Source of the DNA: a virus
IMG/VR virus record: IMGVR_UViG_3300025133_009393
Direction: 5' to 3' (one strand)
Length of the DNA: 64,000 bases
A program made the position numbers and the translations under genes. How positions within the stretch are numbered: the first letter of the stretch is position 1; every line of letters begins with the position of its first letter. Shown here piece after piece: positions 49,028 to 58,142 of the stretch. The notes beneath the pieces are model-generated. The model was not told where the DNA came from. It saw only the letters and a list, made by a program, of their open reading frames with translations, and made no database searches.

Positions 49028-50107
49028 CTACTTTATATAACTTCCGGCTGGGGAATTGGTTGTTACCCTATATACGTTTTTACGTCTAAGTCTTAGTGAA
49101 GGCGGGCCTACTGCCCACGCAACTCCCAAACCTAAAGGTACTGATTGGACTTTTCTGTCATACTGCTCTGATATGCAAAGCAGTGTATTTAAATTGTAAT
49201 CAACTCCAATCAGAGGCCTGTCGATCGGACATGGTAATGTCGTTCTAAGCGCGCCGGACGGGCGATTTTCTTCATCACACAAACCTAGCTGAATCATTCT
49301 TTCAGTGCAGATTCTTGTGCCATCGTTCGCACGAAGTACTTCTTCTGGAATTTCAACTTTGGTAAAAGTGCCACCTTGTACTGGCGGGGTCCAGGCTTCT
49401 ACATCTGTACTATTTTGCCAAGTATCTACCCATACTGTCGTATCTACGGATATTGTAACAGTAATTTCTCCATCTTCATCGACTCGTTCAATGTTTTCGT
49501 CATCAGCATCAAAAATTACCTCAAATCTTCCATCACTACCAACGACAATTGTATCATCATCTTCGGTTTCTCTTTCTTCGGTAGTTTCATCCTCTGTCTG
49601 ATCTTCTGCAAAAACTAATGTTACCTCTCTTTCTCCGGATGTTGTTACGTCAACAGACTGTGAGCCTTGAGCTGCTACGCCGGGCGTCAAAGAGACGGCA
49701 ACGGCGGCTGGTTGTTGAGCTGCAACAATTATACCATCCTGAAAGACAATCTCAAAGGCGCCCACGGAAGGAGTTATTACAGTTTTGGTTTCAGCTGTAG
49801 ATTCTTCACGATCATTTGTAACATCTGCAACCGTATCCTGCCCGACGGATGTCTGTACATTTCCAGTGGCATCGCCGCTAACATCTGTAAAAGACGCGTC
49901 GGTTGTATTAAATACGTCGGACACATCAGAGCCGGCGAGTTCTATGGCTGCATCTCCGGCTGCAAATGCCGGCGACAAAGTTGAGCTAAGGGCAAAATTA
50001 TTATCCTCTGCATTGATAAACAAAGGATTGCCTTGAATATTTAAACTATTAACTAGCCCACCGTCTTTATCTTGTACATCTCCAAATACTTGAATTAAAT
50101 CTGCCAT
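49028..50107 (-). CDS. Acidic hypothetical protein, probably structural
   Basis: N-terminal NPLFINAEDNNFAL...SPA...G motif resembles the cap that follows beta-helix domains. Thr/Glu/Asp-rich. Confidence 0.55.
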   Translation of the reverse strand: MADLIQVFGDVQDKDGGLVNSLNIQGNPLFINAEDNNFALSSTLSPAFAAGDAAIELAGSDVSDVFNTTDASFTDVSGDATGNVQTSVGQDTVADVTNDREESTAETKTVITPSVGAFEIVFQDGIIVAAQQPAAVAVSLTPGVAAQGSQSVDVTTSGEREVTLVFAEDQTEDETTEERETEDDDTIVVGSDGRFEVIFDADDENIERVDEDGEITVTISVDTTVWVDTWQNSTDVEAWTPPVQGGTFTKVEIPEEVLRANDGTRICTERMIQLGLCDEENRPSGALRTTLPCPIDRPLIGVDYNLNTLLCISEQYDRKVQSVPLGLGVAWAVGPPSLRLRRKNVYRVTTNSPAGSYIK

Positions 50108-50128
50108 ATTACAGCCATTCTCCTTAAA

Positions 50129-50140
50129 ACTAATTAGTAT
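50129..50140 (-). promoter_or_regulatory. Candidate late-promoter motif ATACTAATTA (palindromic ACTAATTAGT)
   Basis: Intergenic and upstream of an AAGGAG RBS. The identical 10-mer occurs at 57870-57879. Confidence 0.45.
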
Positions 50141-50141
50141 C

Positions 50142-51182
50142 CTAAGTCGTTAACTTATGAGTCAAATTTCTTTTATAATAATCTGCCTTCATAGCATAGT
50201 TAGAAAATTTGCTTGTCGATATAATACAATTTCTTATTGTACCACCTTTTACTTCAATTCCACAAGTACCAGTTACGTTGTAAATCGTACAATTCTGCAC
50301 AACTGAACCAGAGCCAGCAGATACTGCGTAACTTCCACCCCAGCCTCCGTTTAAAGGTGCGTCTGTTGTGTTAATGTCATTAAAAATCACATACGCACAT
50401 TTAAGACTGCCAGAAGATTTTAAGCCATGATTGCATTTTCTTATTACTGATCTTCTTATCCGACTTCTTGGCGAGAGGCCTTTTATGGGATTTGAGGTTT
50501 GTTCGATGATAACACCTTCAACGTATACAGTTCTTTCTTTATCATCTCTGATACAATCAATTGCTGTAGAAGTTGTATTCTTCATCGTCAAAAAAGCATA
50601 AGATGCGCTATGAGATGTCTTAAACACAGAAGAAGGAGCAGGATCGCTTCCGCTTAAAACAACTTTTGATGCATCCCTAGGTCTTCCATAGATTTTAATA
50701 TTATCGCAACCTTTTAAATCAATTGGAGAGCTGATTGCATATGTCCCACTAGATAATAATATTTGATGGCCGGCTTCCGGATTAGCTAAGGTCTTTATAA
50801 GATCAACTGCACTAGAAATAGATGTTACCCTGCCTTTTCCAGCTGGATCAACCGTAATTGGATTAATTTTAAAAAAGATCTTTTCTGTAGTTGCGCCGGC
50901 ATTCGTTACTGCGGTACGACCTTCATCATTGCTTCCAGTCATAATTGCAAACTTAACTGTATGTAGAGATCCGGCGCGCAGGCCATCACCAGACGTCAAT
51001 ATTACTTTATCCGGCTGCATGCCAATGGTTTTTTTCAGGGTACCATCAATATACACACCAATATGATCATCGGTAGAGCCAGTACCAATAATTGTTCCAT
51101 TCACGCTTAAAGGTACAACTATACGACTATCTATATTATAGAATCGATTTTTTTTAGATAGATATTTTAGTGTTTTAGCCAA
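50142..51182 (-). CDS. Right-handed beta-helix (pectin-lyase-like) protein
   Basis: GHQILLSSGTY cap followed by repeats IRRSVI, VQNCTIYN and IRNCII. Confidence 0.7.
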   Translation of the reverse strand: MAKTLKYLSKKNRFYNIDSRIVVPLSVNGTIIGTGSTDDHIGVYIDGTLKKTIGMQPDKVILTSGDGLRAGSLHTVKFAIMTGSNDEGRTAVTNAGATTEKIFFKINPITVDPAGKGRVTSISSAVDLIKTLANPEAGHQILLSSGTYAISSPIDLKGCDNIKIYGRPRDASKVVLSGSDPAPSSVFKTSHSASYAFLTMKNTTSTAIDCIRDDKERTVYVEGVIIEQTSNPIKGLSPRSRIRRSVIRKCNHGLKSSGSLKCAYVIFNDINTTDAPLNGGWGGSYAVSAGSGSVVQNCTIYNVTGTCGIEVKGGTIRNCIISTSKFSNYAMKADYYKRNLTHKLTT

Positions 51183-51192
51183 TTGCTAGTTC

Positions 51193-51861
51193 CTATTTAC
51201 ACCATTTCTCCATTAAGGTTTCGTATAATACGCGGCCTTTCCACTCTTCTGTAGATTCTTGTAGAGTCTCTTCTTCATTAACTTCTTCATTTTCTTCAAC
51301 AACATCTTCTTCATTAACTTCCTCTTCGGTTATTTCTTCCTCGACTGTCTCTTCTTCTACAACTTCTTCTCCCTCACTCAAAGTTTTTTGAATAGCTGCG
51401 CGAATTGATTCGCGTAATTTCTCTTCTGTCATTTGTTTACTCTCCTTAGTAATTTTTTTTGAATCTTCCCAATCTCTGAGAATCATTTGTCCCTCTAAAT
51501 AGGCTTCTTGTTCCATTAATCTCATATGTTCATTTTTCTGTGCGTATCCTTCACCTACAGATAAATCTTTATCAAACTCCCCTCGACAATTTTGTGCATG
51601 ATGTACTAATTCGTGAGAAAATGATCTTAATATATCTTTTGGATGCCTTTTATCTACATATACAACAATTTCCATTGTTTGTGGACTATAATGCGCTGTT
51701 TTCCCTAGAAGATCCTCGGCATTTTGTGGATCTGACACCAAACTAGCAGAAACCGGCTTATTAAAACCCAAACGCTGTTGTGCGTACGGAAAGAACTCTT
51801 TAATAAGATTTTCCATATGTGTCATATCTGCAGATGTTTTATTGTTTATTATAAGTTTCAT
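51193..51861 (-). CDS. HExxH metallopeptidase-like protein with acidic tail
   Basis: RHPKDILRSFSHELVHHAQ, MEQEAY and a Glu-rich C-terminus with repeated V/I/L-x-E. Confidence 0.7.
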   Translation of the reverse strand: MKLIINNKTSADMTHMENLIKEFFPYAQQRLGFNKPVSASLVSDPQNAEDLLGKTAHYSPQTMEIVVYVDKRHPKDILRSFSHELVHHAQNCRGEFDKDLSVGEGYAQKNEHMRLMEQEAYLEGQMILRDWEDSKKITKESKQMTEEKLRESIRAAIQKTLSEGEEVVEEETVEEEITEEEVNEEDVVEENEEVNEEETLQESTEEWKGRVLYETLMEKWCK

Positions 51862-52633
51862 ATAATTCCTCCATAAGAAAATCTGTAATATCGCTTATTG
51901 TTTTCTTACTTTCTTGCAGCTCTGGTTCTGCTGTGGCTTCAGGTTCTGATGGGTTGACACTGTCTTCAAAGTTAGCATTCATATAATCTAAAAGATCATC
52001 AAAGCTTTGAGATACATTTTCCTCGGTTTTGTCGACTATCCCGTCTAAACGCATAATTTCAACATCCCATTTATTTTGAGGATTATTTTTTCTTATCTTC
52101 TCTAGCTTTGCTTCTAAAGCGGCCATTTGCGCATCAGTTTTTTTAATCTTTTCTATCTGCTTAAGCCTTTTTTCCATCTCTTTCAAGGGGTGAGTTGTGC
52201 TTTTCTCTAGACGACCCTTTTTTAATTCTAGCTTTTTAAGCCTCTGTTTTGTTCTAGGCGTCTCTTTTTGTTTCTTTGTTCTTTCAATAGCATAGTCTAG
52301 TTTCTCTATTTCTTCTTTTTTGGACGTTGCAGCTGCTAGTGCTTGTTCTTTTTTTCTCTTTTCAATTCTTTTTTGTATTGTTTTTATACGTTTATTACGC
52401 GCGTCTCGTTCTATTTTTTGTTTTTTTTCTTTTGCGTCGATTCTTCCAGATGCTTTTTGAGTCAAATTGCTTATATGACCAATTGCACCACCTGCAACTG
52501 CTGCTTTTGGTGCGTCGATATAGGCTTCAATGATCGTATTAGCATCTTTAACGGCTAATTTGGCTTCTCTCAAGGCGCCAGAAAGGTCAAATTTAGGCGT
52601 TTTTTGGGCTATTTTTAGCTGTTTTTTGTCCAT
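51839..52633 (-). CDS. Lys/Glu-rich coiled-coil protein
   Basis: Start set at MDKKQL (GGAGG RBS, just after the upstream stop). Confidence 0.65.
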   Translation of the reverse strand: MDKKQLKIAQKTPKFDLSGALREAKLAVKDANTIIEAYIDAPKAAVAGGAIGHISNLTQKASGRIDAKEKKQKIERDARNKRIKTIQKRIEKRKKEQALAAATSKKEEIEKLDYAIERTKKQKETPRTKQRLKKLELKKGRLEKSTTHPLKEMEKRLKQIEKIKKTDAQMAALEAKLEKIRKNNPQNKWDVEIMRLDGIVDKTEENVSQSFDDLLDYMNANFEDSVNPSEPEATAEPELQESKKTISDITDFLMEELYETYNKQ

Positions 52634-52634
52634 A

Positions 52635-53627
52635 TTATGCCCCTCCGAAGCCAGATGGAGATGATTTTGGTCTGCCAGGGTCGGGTTTTTTAGTGAAAGG
52701 GGGTGTATTTTTCTGTTTTCCGAGGCCAATTAGTCGTTTTTTCATTCTTTTATGACGTTTTTTGATCGATTTTTGGTATTTTTCGATCTCTTCGAGCTTA
52801 AAAAAGCCTTTTTCTGTTGTTTTTTCATCATTTGACATATAAATACGTAGATTTTTAACGAAATTCTGCGTCATGGAGTGTATTTTATCGTATGATCGGG
52901 TAACTAAGTCGCCTAAAACCTCCATATATCCGGTTCTACGTAGCATTTTAAACGCTAAATTCTCTATAGAGTATATCCCAGCGTCTTCCAGGCCTGTACT
53001 TCTCATATTTTTGATCTTTTCTTTGATCTTAATGCCATATTTATGCGCTTTTTTGTATTCTCTATCTTCATAAAGGTCTTCGACGCGTTCAATACAGTCA
53101 ATTATACCCATTGCTTTCTTTTTTATGCCATTATAATCAATATTTACGTCTTTTTTAACCGGTTGTTCGCGCCATTTATTGTTTTTTAATGAATAAACAC
53201 CCTCAGAATGGTGTTTTTCTCTGACATTTTGTACATATATTTCAACTTCGTGACCAAAAATCTCAATATTGTGTCTATTATTCCATACAAATATCTTTCC
53301 GCGGAAGAATTCTTCTACCAATTCTACATCTTTGTTGATTCTTTTGAAGTTTAGTAATATATGAAGATCAATATCCGAATATTTAGACCAATTATAGCTA
53401 GCTGAGGAACCAGTAACAGTAATATCTTCAATTAAGCCCTTTTCTAGTCCCAAATCATCAAAGAAATCGAGTGCGATTTGTCTTAATTGTTCTAAAATAC
53501 CATCTTTCAGCGTATTTTCGTCTTCCCAAAGCTTCGGATTCAGTGTTTCTTGAGGTTTTAAGCTAGATAAATCAAAATTTTCATTATCTTGAACGAATTC
53601 TTCCCATATTTTTTGACCTTCTAGCAT
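52635..53627 (-). CDS. Pol-beta superfamily nucleotidyltransferase
   Basis: TGSSASYNWSKYSDIDLHI (GS...DxD) and a third acidic residue in EVEIYV. Confidence 0.8.
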   Translation of the reverse strand: MLEGQKIWEEFVQDNENFDLSSLKPQETLNPKLWEDENTLKDGILEQLRQIALDFFDDLGLEKGLIEDITVTGSSASYNWSKYSDIDLHILLNFKRINKDVELVEEFFRGKIFVWNNRHNIEIFGHEVEIYVQNVREKHHSEGVYSLKNNKWREQPVKKDVNIDYNGIKKKAMGIIDCIERVEDLYEDREYKKAHKYGIKIKEKIKNMRSTGLEDAGIYSIENLAFKMLRRTGYMEVLGDLVTRSYDKIHSMTQNFVKNLRIYMSNDEKTTEKGFFKLEEIEKYQKSIKKRHKRMKKRLIGLGKQKNTPPFTKKPDPGRPKSSPSGFGGA

Positions 53628-53639
53628 ATTTTAACCCCT

Positions 53640-53846
53640 CTATTCTTCCAAATCTTGTATAATTTCACCACATTTTTCGCATGCAATCACTGGAATTGGC
53701 ATTATTGTTTCTTGTCCGGTAGGCGAAAGGATTGCACTCAGTCTTTTTATACGTAATATATTCTTAAAATATATACTTTCACAGCTTGGGCAAGCTACAT
53801 CTTCCATATCAGCAGCATTAATTCGAATGTTATTGTTAATATCCAT
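53640..53846 (-). CDS. Small zinc-finger protein
   Basis: CPSC...CEKC. Confidence 0.7.
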   Translation of the reverse strand: MDINNNIRINAADMEDVACPSCESIYFKNILRIKRLSAILSPTGQETIMPIPVIACEKCGEIIQDLEE

Positions 53847-53847
53847 G

Positions 53848-54444
53848 TTATTTTTCCACTTTTTCTATATTAATTAGTTTAATCTTTTCTAAAGCTTTGA
53901 TTGTTTCTTCTATAGAAGTATGTAAAATAGCAATACCGCCATTTTCTTCCCATTTTTCTGTATATAAGGTGAAATCATCAATCAAAATACAAGGTTTTCC
54001 GTCATTTTGAGCCCAAATTTCTTTTTTTCCGTCCAAAGGAAGGAAAATATCTTCATTTTTTGGCCTAGGGGATAGAAATTGATCGATCCAGTCGATTTTA
54101 CCCTTTGCAGAGGCCTCATCCCAGGGGTGAGATAGGACTTTTACCGTCCCTAGGCTGTTCAGGTACTCCCAAAAGGGCAAAATACCCGCAAGAGGCCTTA
54201 AATTAGCCCAAAATTGACGATTATTACCCAATAATTGCCTAATCCAGACCAAAGTCTCTTGAATATCCGGATCTTGGTGGTCTTCAGACCATTTCCAATG
54301 CATTTTGATGATTTTTTGAAGATTTTTGCGTATTTTTGGACTTTTTGTCTCTAAATAAACGCCATTATCAAATAAATCGACCAAAACACCGTCCATGTCG
54401 CAATAAATTACGTATGGAAACGTATTTTCATCATTTTTCTTCAT
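53848..54444 (-). CDS. HAD 5'(3')-nucleotidase (NT5C-like)
   Basis: IYCDMDGVLVD, GK..W, ILIDD and W...GG.AILH. Confidence 0.85.
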   Translation of the reverse strand: MKKNDENTFPYVIYCDMDGVLVDLFDNGVYLETKSPKIRKNLQKIIKMHWKWSEDHQDPDIQETLVWIRQLLGNNRQFWANLRPLAGILPFWEYLNSLGTVKVLSHPWDEASAKGKIDWIDQFLSPRPKNEDIFLPLDGKKEIWAQNDGKPCILIDDFTLYTEKWEENGGIAILHTSIEETIKALEKIKLINIEKVEK

Positions 54445-54451
54445 TTTTTAC

Positions 54452-54760
54452 TCACATTAGTGTTTTTTCTTGTTTCTCTAAGTTAATAAAGAAATCCTCA
54501 GTATACATTATACTATTTTCACTGTCTTCGTCAAGTAAAAAATTAATTTTAAATTCTGAGCGGGGCATTTGGATAACCATTGGCTCTCCACCATGCTTTT
54601 CGACGATTTTCATCGCATTTTCTTCTGCCAAGCCGTAACTTCCCCATTCACTAGGCGCTTTTATACCATTTTTGACTATTTCTTCTTGAAATACGGTCGA
54701 GGTACCATAATAAAGATCTTCTTGGATATACTTTCGCCAGTTTTCAAATAGGAGTTTCAT
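54452..54760 (-). CDS. Leader-motif-A protein, possible ART/Tpt1-like fold
   Basis: MKLLFENWRKYIQE, then LYYGTS...I.KNGI and GGEPMVIQ, which resemble the LYHGT motif of ART/KptA folds (weak match). Confidence 0.5.
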   Translation of the reverse strand: MKLLFENWRKYIQEDLYYGTSTVFQEEIVKNGIKAPSEWGSYGLAEENAMKIVEKHGGEPMVIQMPRSEFKINFLLDEDSENSIMYTEDFFINLEKQEKTLM

Positions 54761-55169
54761 CTACTACTTTCCTCTTGATCCTATAAAATGCAACATGTGT
54801 TTCTAAGTTGTTTTGAGTAAATGAATCAATCTTCAATAATGCTACAAGATAATTAGCATCCGGATCGATTTTGCTCAAATGAGTTGCATACATAATCGCT
54901 AGCAAAGAAATGCCATCTAAATCATTCTGAGACGCATCTCCGACCCATACCAAAGATAACAAATCATCGACGCCCATACAATTTTTATGTCTATGAACTC
55001 TGACTCCCAATTGTTGTACAAAATAACTCTCTGCCGGCATTCCACAAGTCGCAACAAACCTCTTAACAGAAAGAGGAGATTTATTAACCAATCCTGGATT
55101 GCTTGTGGTTGTTGCACAAGCAGAAAATGCAAACATTAGTAATATCGCACATAGTTTAATCTTTTTCAT
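54744..55169 (-). CDS. Lipoprotein
   Basis: Signal peptide with FSAC lipobox. Confidence 0.7.
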   Translation of the reverse strand: MKKIKLCAILLMFAFSACATTTSNPGLVNKSPLSVKRFVATCGMPAESYFVQQLGVRVHRHKNCMGVDDLLSLVWVGDASQNDLDGISLLAIMYATHLSKIDPDANYLVALLKIDSFTQNNLETHVAFYRIKRKVVDETPI

Positions 55170-55960
55170 TTTTCGTCCTTGTTACTTTTTTTAAAAATAC
55201 AAATTTGCTCTGGGCCTTTGGCTGACTCGTTATATTCTGTAGATTTCCACGCTTCTAGAGAATATTCGGGTTTAAAAAATTTTGTTATAGAATCTTTATT
55301 AAACAAATGACAATGAGGATGAAAATCTAATTTATCAATTTTTAATTTGACAGGCCGATTATAAGGTACTTGAATTATTAAAGTATTACAATTTAAATTA
55401 ATTGCTTGGTTTTTAAATTGGCTAAGGTCATCAAAATGTTCTAAAACGTCAATAGCTGCAAGAATATCATATTTTTTATCTTTAATATCTAAAAAGTTGC
55501 AATTGTGAACATGCTCAAATTTGCCATTTAAATATTTTTCACATGACCCTATATCTAATTCACAAACACTAACTTTTATATTTTCAAAATGTTCTTTAAA
55601 ACATTGGCTAAAAATTCCATCGTAAGCGCCAATCTCTAAATAATTAGTTAAGTTATATTTTGAAAGCAAATCTGTTTCTTTTACAAATTTTATTATATGA
55701 GCCGCCCATTTTTTTCTAATTTCTGCAGGGACTTTTTTGTCTTTATTGAGTTCTCGAAAAACATTTTTGTAATACTCTTCTACCTCTTCTTTCGTTTTTT
55801 GCCAATTCCAATAAAAATGACCACAGCCTTCTTCTGCCGGGGGGCTACTACCATCACCATCACTGCATACAAATGTTTTTTGATATCCTTTTCGCACGTC
55901 GGTCCAGAACCGCTTGGGGCCTGCAAGGCGCATCGTTTTTTTACAACATTGACAAATCAT
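55166..55960 (-). CDS. Class I SAM methyltransferase with N-terminal Cys/Zn segment
   Basis: CQCC...C...CGH, YLEIGAYDG, DVLEHF and QVP. Confidence 0.8.
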   Translation of the reverse strand: MICQCCKKTMRLAGPKRFWTDVRKGYQKTFVCSDGDGSSPPAEEGCGHFYWNWQKTKEEVEEYYKNVFRELNKDKKVPAEIRKKWAAHIIKFVKETDLLSKYNLTNYLEIGAYDGIFSQCFKEHFENIKVSVCELDIGSCEKYLNGKFEHVHNCNFLDIKDKKYDILAAIDVLEHFDDLSQFKNQAINLNCNTLIIQVPYNRPVKLKIDKLDFHPHCHLFNKDSITKFFKPEYSLEAWKSTEYNESAKGPEQICIFKKSNKDEK

Positions 55961-56388
55961 TTTCTATCCTCATATGCTTTTTTAATTACTTTTTTAAATT
56001 TATCAGATGTATTAAAATCTTTTTCTAGGATCTTATCGACATCAAAAAATTTATGATCTGAATGTTCATGGCTTAAGGAAATATCAGTGTCAGGCAAACT
56101 AGCTCTATAGAAGGTAATTCTGCCTTGCTTAAGGACTTCTACAGGATTTTGTATATCCAGGCCTGTCTCTTCACTAACTTCTCTTTTAAGGCCCTCTACG
56201 TGGCTCTCATCGCGATGTATGTGACCGCCGGGTAAATCCCACTCACCCTTGAAATTTCCTAGCGCTGATTTTAATAACAAGACCTTATCATTTTCATCAA
56301 ACAAAACAACTTTTGATACTTGATCTGAATCCAATGGAGCTTCCTCTTTAATTAAGTAGTTGCGCCAATTTTCAAACAGGAGTTTCAC
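55957..56388 (-). CDS. NUDIX hydrolase carrying leader motif A
   Basis: WDLPGGH...GLKREVSEETGL Nudix box. N-terminus MKLLFENWRNYLIKE (GTG start). Confidence 0.9.
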   Translation of the reverse strand: MKLLFENWRNYLIKEEAPLDSDQVSKVVLFDENDKVLLLKSALGNFKGEWDLPGGHIHRDESHVEGLKREVSEETGLDIQNPVEVLKQGRITFYRASLPDTDISLSHEHSDHKFFDVDKILEKDFNTSDKFKKVIKKAYEDRK

Positions 56389-57863
56389 TTAGGAGGCCTC
56401 CCTTCTCTTCTTCTCTGCAGAACGTTGAAGGCCATATCCCTTGTTCTCTGCTGAGGATTGTTTTCTGCTATATCCTTTAAGATATCTGAAGGAACAACCT
56501 CGTGATATTTGACAATTCTTTTAGCAACTCCAATATATTCGTAAAACTCTTCACTGGCTAGCCATCTTAATATGTATGTTGGAATATTAAAATGATCCAT
56601 AGTCGCCATTTCTGCTAATGTGTTTGCCATGCCATATGGATCTTCTAAAGAATTCAGAATTTCCCTCATCTCATCTATCTGTGGCGCTGTATAGCGCGGG
56701 TTGTCGACAAGGCGTATTTTTACCATCCTCTTCAAATCAAATATTCTGAGCATCTCATATTTGTTATATGCTTCTGTTTGAGTAAGTAGATCATGCAACA
56801 CTTCAAAAGATTCTCCCGTGAGCCTCTGGTCCTTCGAATCCATGAATTGTGATGATCCGTAGTGGAACTGAAATTTATTTAAATTGCTTTTATTCTGGAA
56901 ATAAAATAAAGGATCTTCTTCTTCATAATAATCTTCAAAATAATCTAAACCGGGGGCAGCAGTACACCAGTCGGTGCTTTTACCTAATTCGCATGCGGCG
57001 CCTTTATTGTGAAGCGCCGCAATCGTCCACTTATCGTCATCTCTGAAGATTTCTGTTCCTTCTTCAGCATCAAGATAATTCTTCTTCTCTTGTGCTTTAT
57101 CAATTTCCTCCTTTGCGGCGTCTGTCATCTCAATAAGATCTTCCATAGTCTTGACTTGCATTAAATCTTGTCTAGGCATAAATCGCTGATGGTGGAAAAA
57201 GGTTTCAATGCTGTTACGCTCACGGGCAAAGATGCGGCCAGCGATGAAATTAGCAGCAACTTTTGGATTTTCTCTTGCCACCTTTAATAGCCAGAGAACA
57301 GCTGTGCCCTTTTGATTATCAGTCAAATCATATGGAACAGAATCTAAAAGATAGTTTTTGAAGTTACGATGTTGGGTATTCCAGTGCGGCATATAAGATA
57401 GATCAGGATGATCAGGGTGTTTTTGTTCTACGTCATAGCGATACGCTTTAATAATCTTTATAGTGCGCTTGGAATCAAGGATCTCTTTTGCATCTGAAAA
57501 GGAAACCTCATTAAGGTACTTCCGCCAATTTTCAAACAAATTTAATTGATGAGGAGTTTCTTTAACACGCGTTAAAAATTCTTCGATGCTTTCATCTGAC
57601 CACGTACCATCTTTCGGAATTTTTGGCCACTTATCTGCTTTGTCTGTACCATCTGGAATAACCGCCTTATATTTCCAATCACCGATACGTTCATCAAAAT
57701 AATAATCGATTATTGGCTGGCGGGGGGCCCATCGGTGCTGTGAACTTTGTGCAGAATTAAAACTAAATTTATCTGATATAATATATTCTATTTCATTTTT
57801 GTCCAAAGTTGGTTCGACAGTCTCATTTAAGTACTTTCGCCAATTTTCAAATAAGTATTTCAT
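56385..57863 (-). CDS. Protein with two copies of leader motif A and a PcfJ-like domain
   Basis: MKYLFENWRKYLNE at the start and LFENWRKYLNE near aa 110. AACELGKSTDWCTA...FEDY...KFQFH...FMD is PcfJ-like. Confidence 0.65.
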   Translation of the reverse strand: MKYLFENWRKYLNETVEPTLDKNEIEYIISDKFSFNSAQSSQHRWAPRQPIIDYYFDERIGDWKYKAVIPDGTDKADKWPKIPKDGTWSDESIEEFLTRVKETPHQLNLFENWRKYLNEVSFSDAKEILDSKRTIKIIKAYRYDVEQKHPDHPDLSYMPHWNTQHRNFKNYLLDSVPYDLTDNQKGTAVLWLLKVARENPKVAANFIAGRIFARERNSIETFFHHQRFMPRQDLMQVKTMEDLIEMTDAAKEEIDKAQEKKNYLDAEEGTEIFRDDDKWTIAALHNKGAACELGKSTDWCTAAPGLDYFEDYYEEEDPLFYFQNKSNLNKFQFHYGSSQFMDSKDQRLTGESFEVLHDLLTQTEAYNKYEMLRIFDLKRMVKIRLVDNPRYTAPQIDEMREILNSLEDPYGMANTLAEMATMDHFNIPTYILRWLASEEFYEYIGVAKRIVKYHEVVPSDILKDIAENNPQQRTRDMAFNVLQRRREGRPPK

Positions 57864-57869
57864 ATAGAG

Positions 57870-57879
57870 TAATTAGTAT
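57870..57879 (-). promoter_or_regulatory. Candidate late-promoter motif ATACTAATTA
   Basis: In a 16-bp intergenic gap directly upstream of the leader-motif gene 56385..57863. Confidence 0.45.
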
Positions 57880-58119
57880 TTACTCATTCTTACTCCATAA
57901 CTCCTCAAAAATATAATGAATTGTTGTTAATATAACAGCTTCAACTGCAACCATCTCCAAAGTACTATATAATTCATTTAGATACAAATAAGCTATAGCT
58001 GTAGATATAAAAAAAGTAACCACTCTCCAACATAACACTTTCTTAAGATTCTCACGATCCGGATTGATATCAATCATCTCAGGATCTTTCTTGAGAAAGT
58101 TTCTAATCTTTTCTAACAT
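57880..58119 (-). CDS. Small membrane protein (DUF2061-like)
   Basis: KVLCWRVV...two TM segments...HYIFEELW. Confidence 0.65.
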   Translation of the reverse strand: MLEKIRNFLKKDPEMIDINPDRENLKKVLCWRVVTFFISTAIAYLYLNELYSTLEMVAVEAVILTTIHYIFEELWSKNE

Positions 58120-58142
58120 AACATCTCCAAAAAAAATATATT

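Noticed and set aside
51260-51380. Imperfect TCTTC-rich DNA repeats
   Set aside because: Explained by the Glu-rich protein sequence rather than an independent DNA repeat element.
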